A DNA stretch of 63,990 nt, counting the filler, from Octopus bimaculoides (lineage: Eukaryota), in assembly GCF_001194135.2 (NCBI RefSeq). It is 5 parts of 5 records of this genome, joined end to end, with 100 filler letters (N's around TTAATTAATTAA, not from the genome) between each part and the next. Parts side by side here need not be neighbours in the genome. Positions count along the whole stretch, not along the records: positions 56,655 to 63,990 come from NC_068981.1; 4 more parts are not named here. One strand, given 5' to 3'. The notes below the pieces were generated by a model that saw nothing but the letters and a program-made list of their open reading frames with translations, made no database searches and was not told the DNA's origin. The position numbers were made by a program, and so were the translations under genes. Of this stretch, positions 62,298 through 63,990 are shown in pieces. Each line of letters begins with the position of its first letter. Position 1 is the stretch's first letter.

Positions 62298-62397
62298 GTC
62301 AGACTACTCCAACACCTCTATTCATAGCAGCTCCACAAAATGCATGAGTGGTACCCTTCCATTCTCACTAAGTCATATGATAAAAAAAATAAAATAA
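62298..62397 (+). CDS. Possible next (terminal) exon of the + strand gene
   Basis: Acceptor GCAAGCTTTCAG|G is phase-compatible with the previous exon (CG|G = Arg). It reads SDYSNTSIHSSSTKCMSGTLPFSLSHMIKKIK then TAA, with overlapping AATAAA. Weak: it ends in an A-rich tract and the acceptor resembles 48585-48613. Confidence 0.28.
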
Positions 62398-62583
62398 AAA
62401 AAACTTGCATAAAACTTGCCCCTTCTTTGTGATTGTTGATTGTTGATTGTTGATTGTTTGAAAGCCTAAATTTTAATTGGGATTTCTCATTCTACCTCCA
62501 CCAATATTGAGAGTATATTTCCATTTACTATGAACCATTAAGCTATGAGAGAATGAAAAAGATTCAAATCATTCAGTCTGTAT

Positions 62584-62840
62584 CAGTGGTTTTCAACAAG
62601 GATCCGTATGGCCCTTGGGGGTCTGTATTAGATTTTGTTGCTAAACTTTATCTGCAATAAATTGGTTATACTTCTACAATACACAAAATATTAAAAAAAT
62701 TTTTCTGTATAATTCCTGATAATAATTAACTATGAAAAATATAGTAGGATGTTTTAAATCATTGAATAGCTATGAGGGTCCATCTGAGTAGATTAGGAAT
62801 CATAGAGGCTCTATAGGCAACAAATTGTGAAGAATCACTG
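62584..62840. mobile_element. hAT-Charlie-like MITE
   Basis: TIRs CAGTGGTTTTCAAC / GTGAAGAATCACTG; TSD eroded. A degraded relative lies near 54670-54920. Confidence 0.6.
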
Positions 62841-62984
62841 GTTTATTACATCTTAGGATAAGGGATGAATGGTCATGTGTCCTCGTTTTATACCTAAATT
62901 TCATGACACCTTTAACCGCATGTGAGTAGTGAAGCTACCTACTCAAACTGGAACTACAGCCAAGGAGATTTTTTGCTTAGACAT

Positions 62985-63190
62985 ATACTCTTTTACTTGT
63001 TTCAGTCATTTGACTGCGGCCATGCTGGAGCACCGCCTTTAGTCGAGCAAATCGACCCCAGGACTTATTCTTTATAAGCCTAGTACTTATTCTATCGGTC
63101 TCTTTTGCCGAACCGCTAAGTTACAGTGACCTAAACACACCTGCATCAGTTGTCAAGCAATGTTGGGGGGACAAACACAAATACACACAC
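62985..63190 (-). mobile_element. SINE 3' part; related copies at about 44345-44530 and 58590-58810
   Basis: TACTCTTTTACTTGTTTCAGTCATTTGACTGCGGCCATGCTGGAGCACCGCC...GTACTTATTCTATCGGTCTCTTTTGCCGAACCGCTAAG. Confidence 0.65.
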
Positions 63191-63990
63191 ACATATATAT
63201 ATATACATATACATATATATACGACGGGCTCCTTTCAGTTTCCGTCTACCAAATCCACTCACAAGGCTTTGGTCGGCCCGAGGCTATAGTAGAAGACACT
63301 TGCCCAAGGTGCCACGCAGTGGGACTGAACCCAGAACTATGTGGTTGGTAAGCAAGCTACTTACCACACAGCCACTCCTTCATCTACATATATATGTATA
63401 TATATCCATCTCTGCACACACATTTAAGAGAGAGGCGAGGTGGAGAGAGTTACGTTGCAAAGGGAGTAGGCTTTGTATTCTATCATCATTATAACAGTTG
63501 TTAAAGACCTTTGTTCTGTGCAAGTAATTCATTGTAATACTTCATCTTCACAAGATTAGAACTTATCACTTCTTCTCTTGGCTTCAATGGCCCTCCTCTG
63601 CAATTACCACATTCCACTACTATCAATATATGGTGCCTCTTTTTGTTTAGCACACATTCTTACTTTCATATCACACATTTGACTTTGTTACTTCTTGAGC
63701 GTTAAACTAATACATTTGTTTGTTGTTTATACACCCGTCTTCGTCTTGTTTTTTGGTAAATTCTCACTATATATACATATCTATCTATATATATTATATA
63801 TATGTACATATACATATACCTACATACATATATATATATATACATATACATACATATATATATATACATATACATATACATACATACATATACATATACA
63901 TACATACATATATATATATACATATACATACATACATATATATATATACATATACATACATACTTATATCTATATATATATATATATATA

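Overview
Eukaryotic (animal) draft-assembly DNA: AT-rich, packed with microsatellites and broken by many N gaps. The SINE/LINE landscape looks like a cephalopod, most probably Octopus (inference, no database search). There is one confidently identified gene: kintoun/DNAAF2, whose large first coding exon is at 18282-16552 (-). Its later exons could not be located. A second gene on the + strand is indicated by one clean internal exon at 61591-61765 and by a divergent promoter-like site near 19250-19300. The rest is mostly transposon debris: several RTE-clade LINEs (one with a PHD finger inside the RT), a CR1-like RT fragment, an L1/Tx1 LINE, a Penelope GIY-YIG fragment, mariner and Tc1 remnants, hAT, piggyBac-type and Tc1-type MITEs, and tRNA-derived SINEs. 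No rRNA, true tRNA gene or CRISPR array is supported. The best leads are: (1) a textbook 3' splice site fused to GTAAGT in DNAAF2 intron 1, with a U1-mimic 9-mer that could pair with it in cis; (2) the PHD-in-RT RTE family and its 66-bp hairpin arrays; (3) several long fold-back elements; (4) matching ETS plus X-box half-site motifs in two divergent promoters.
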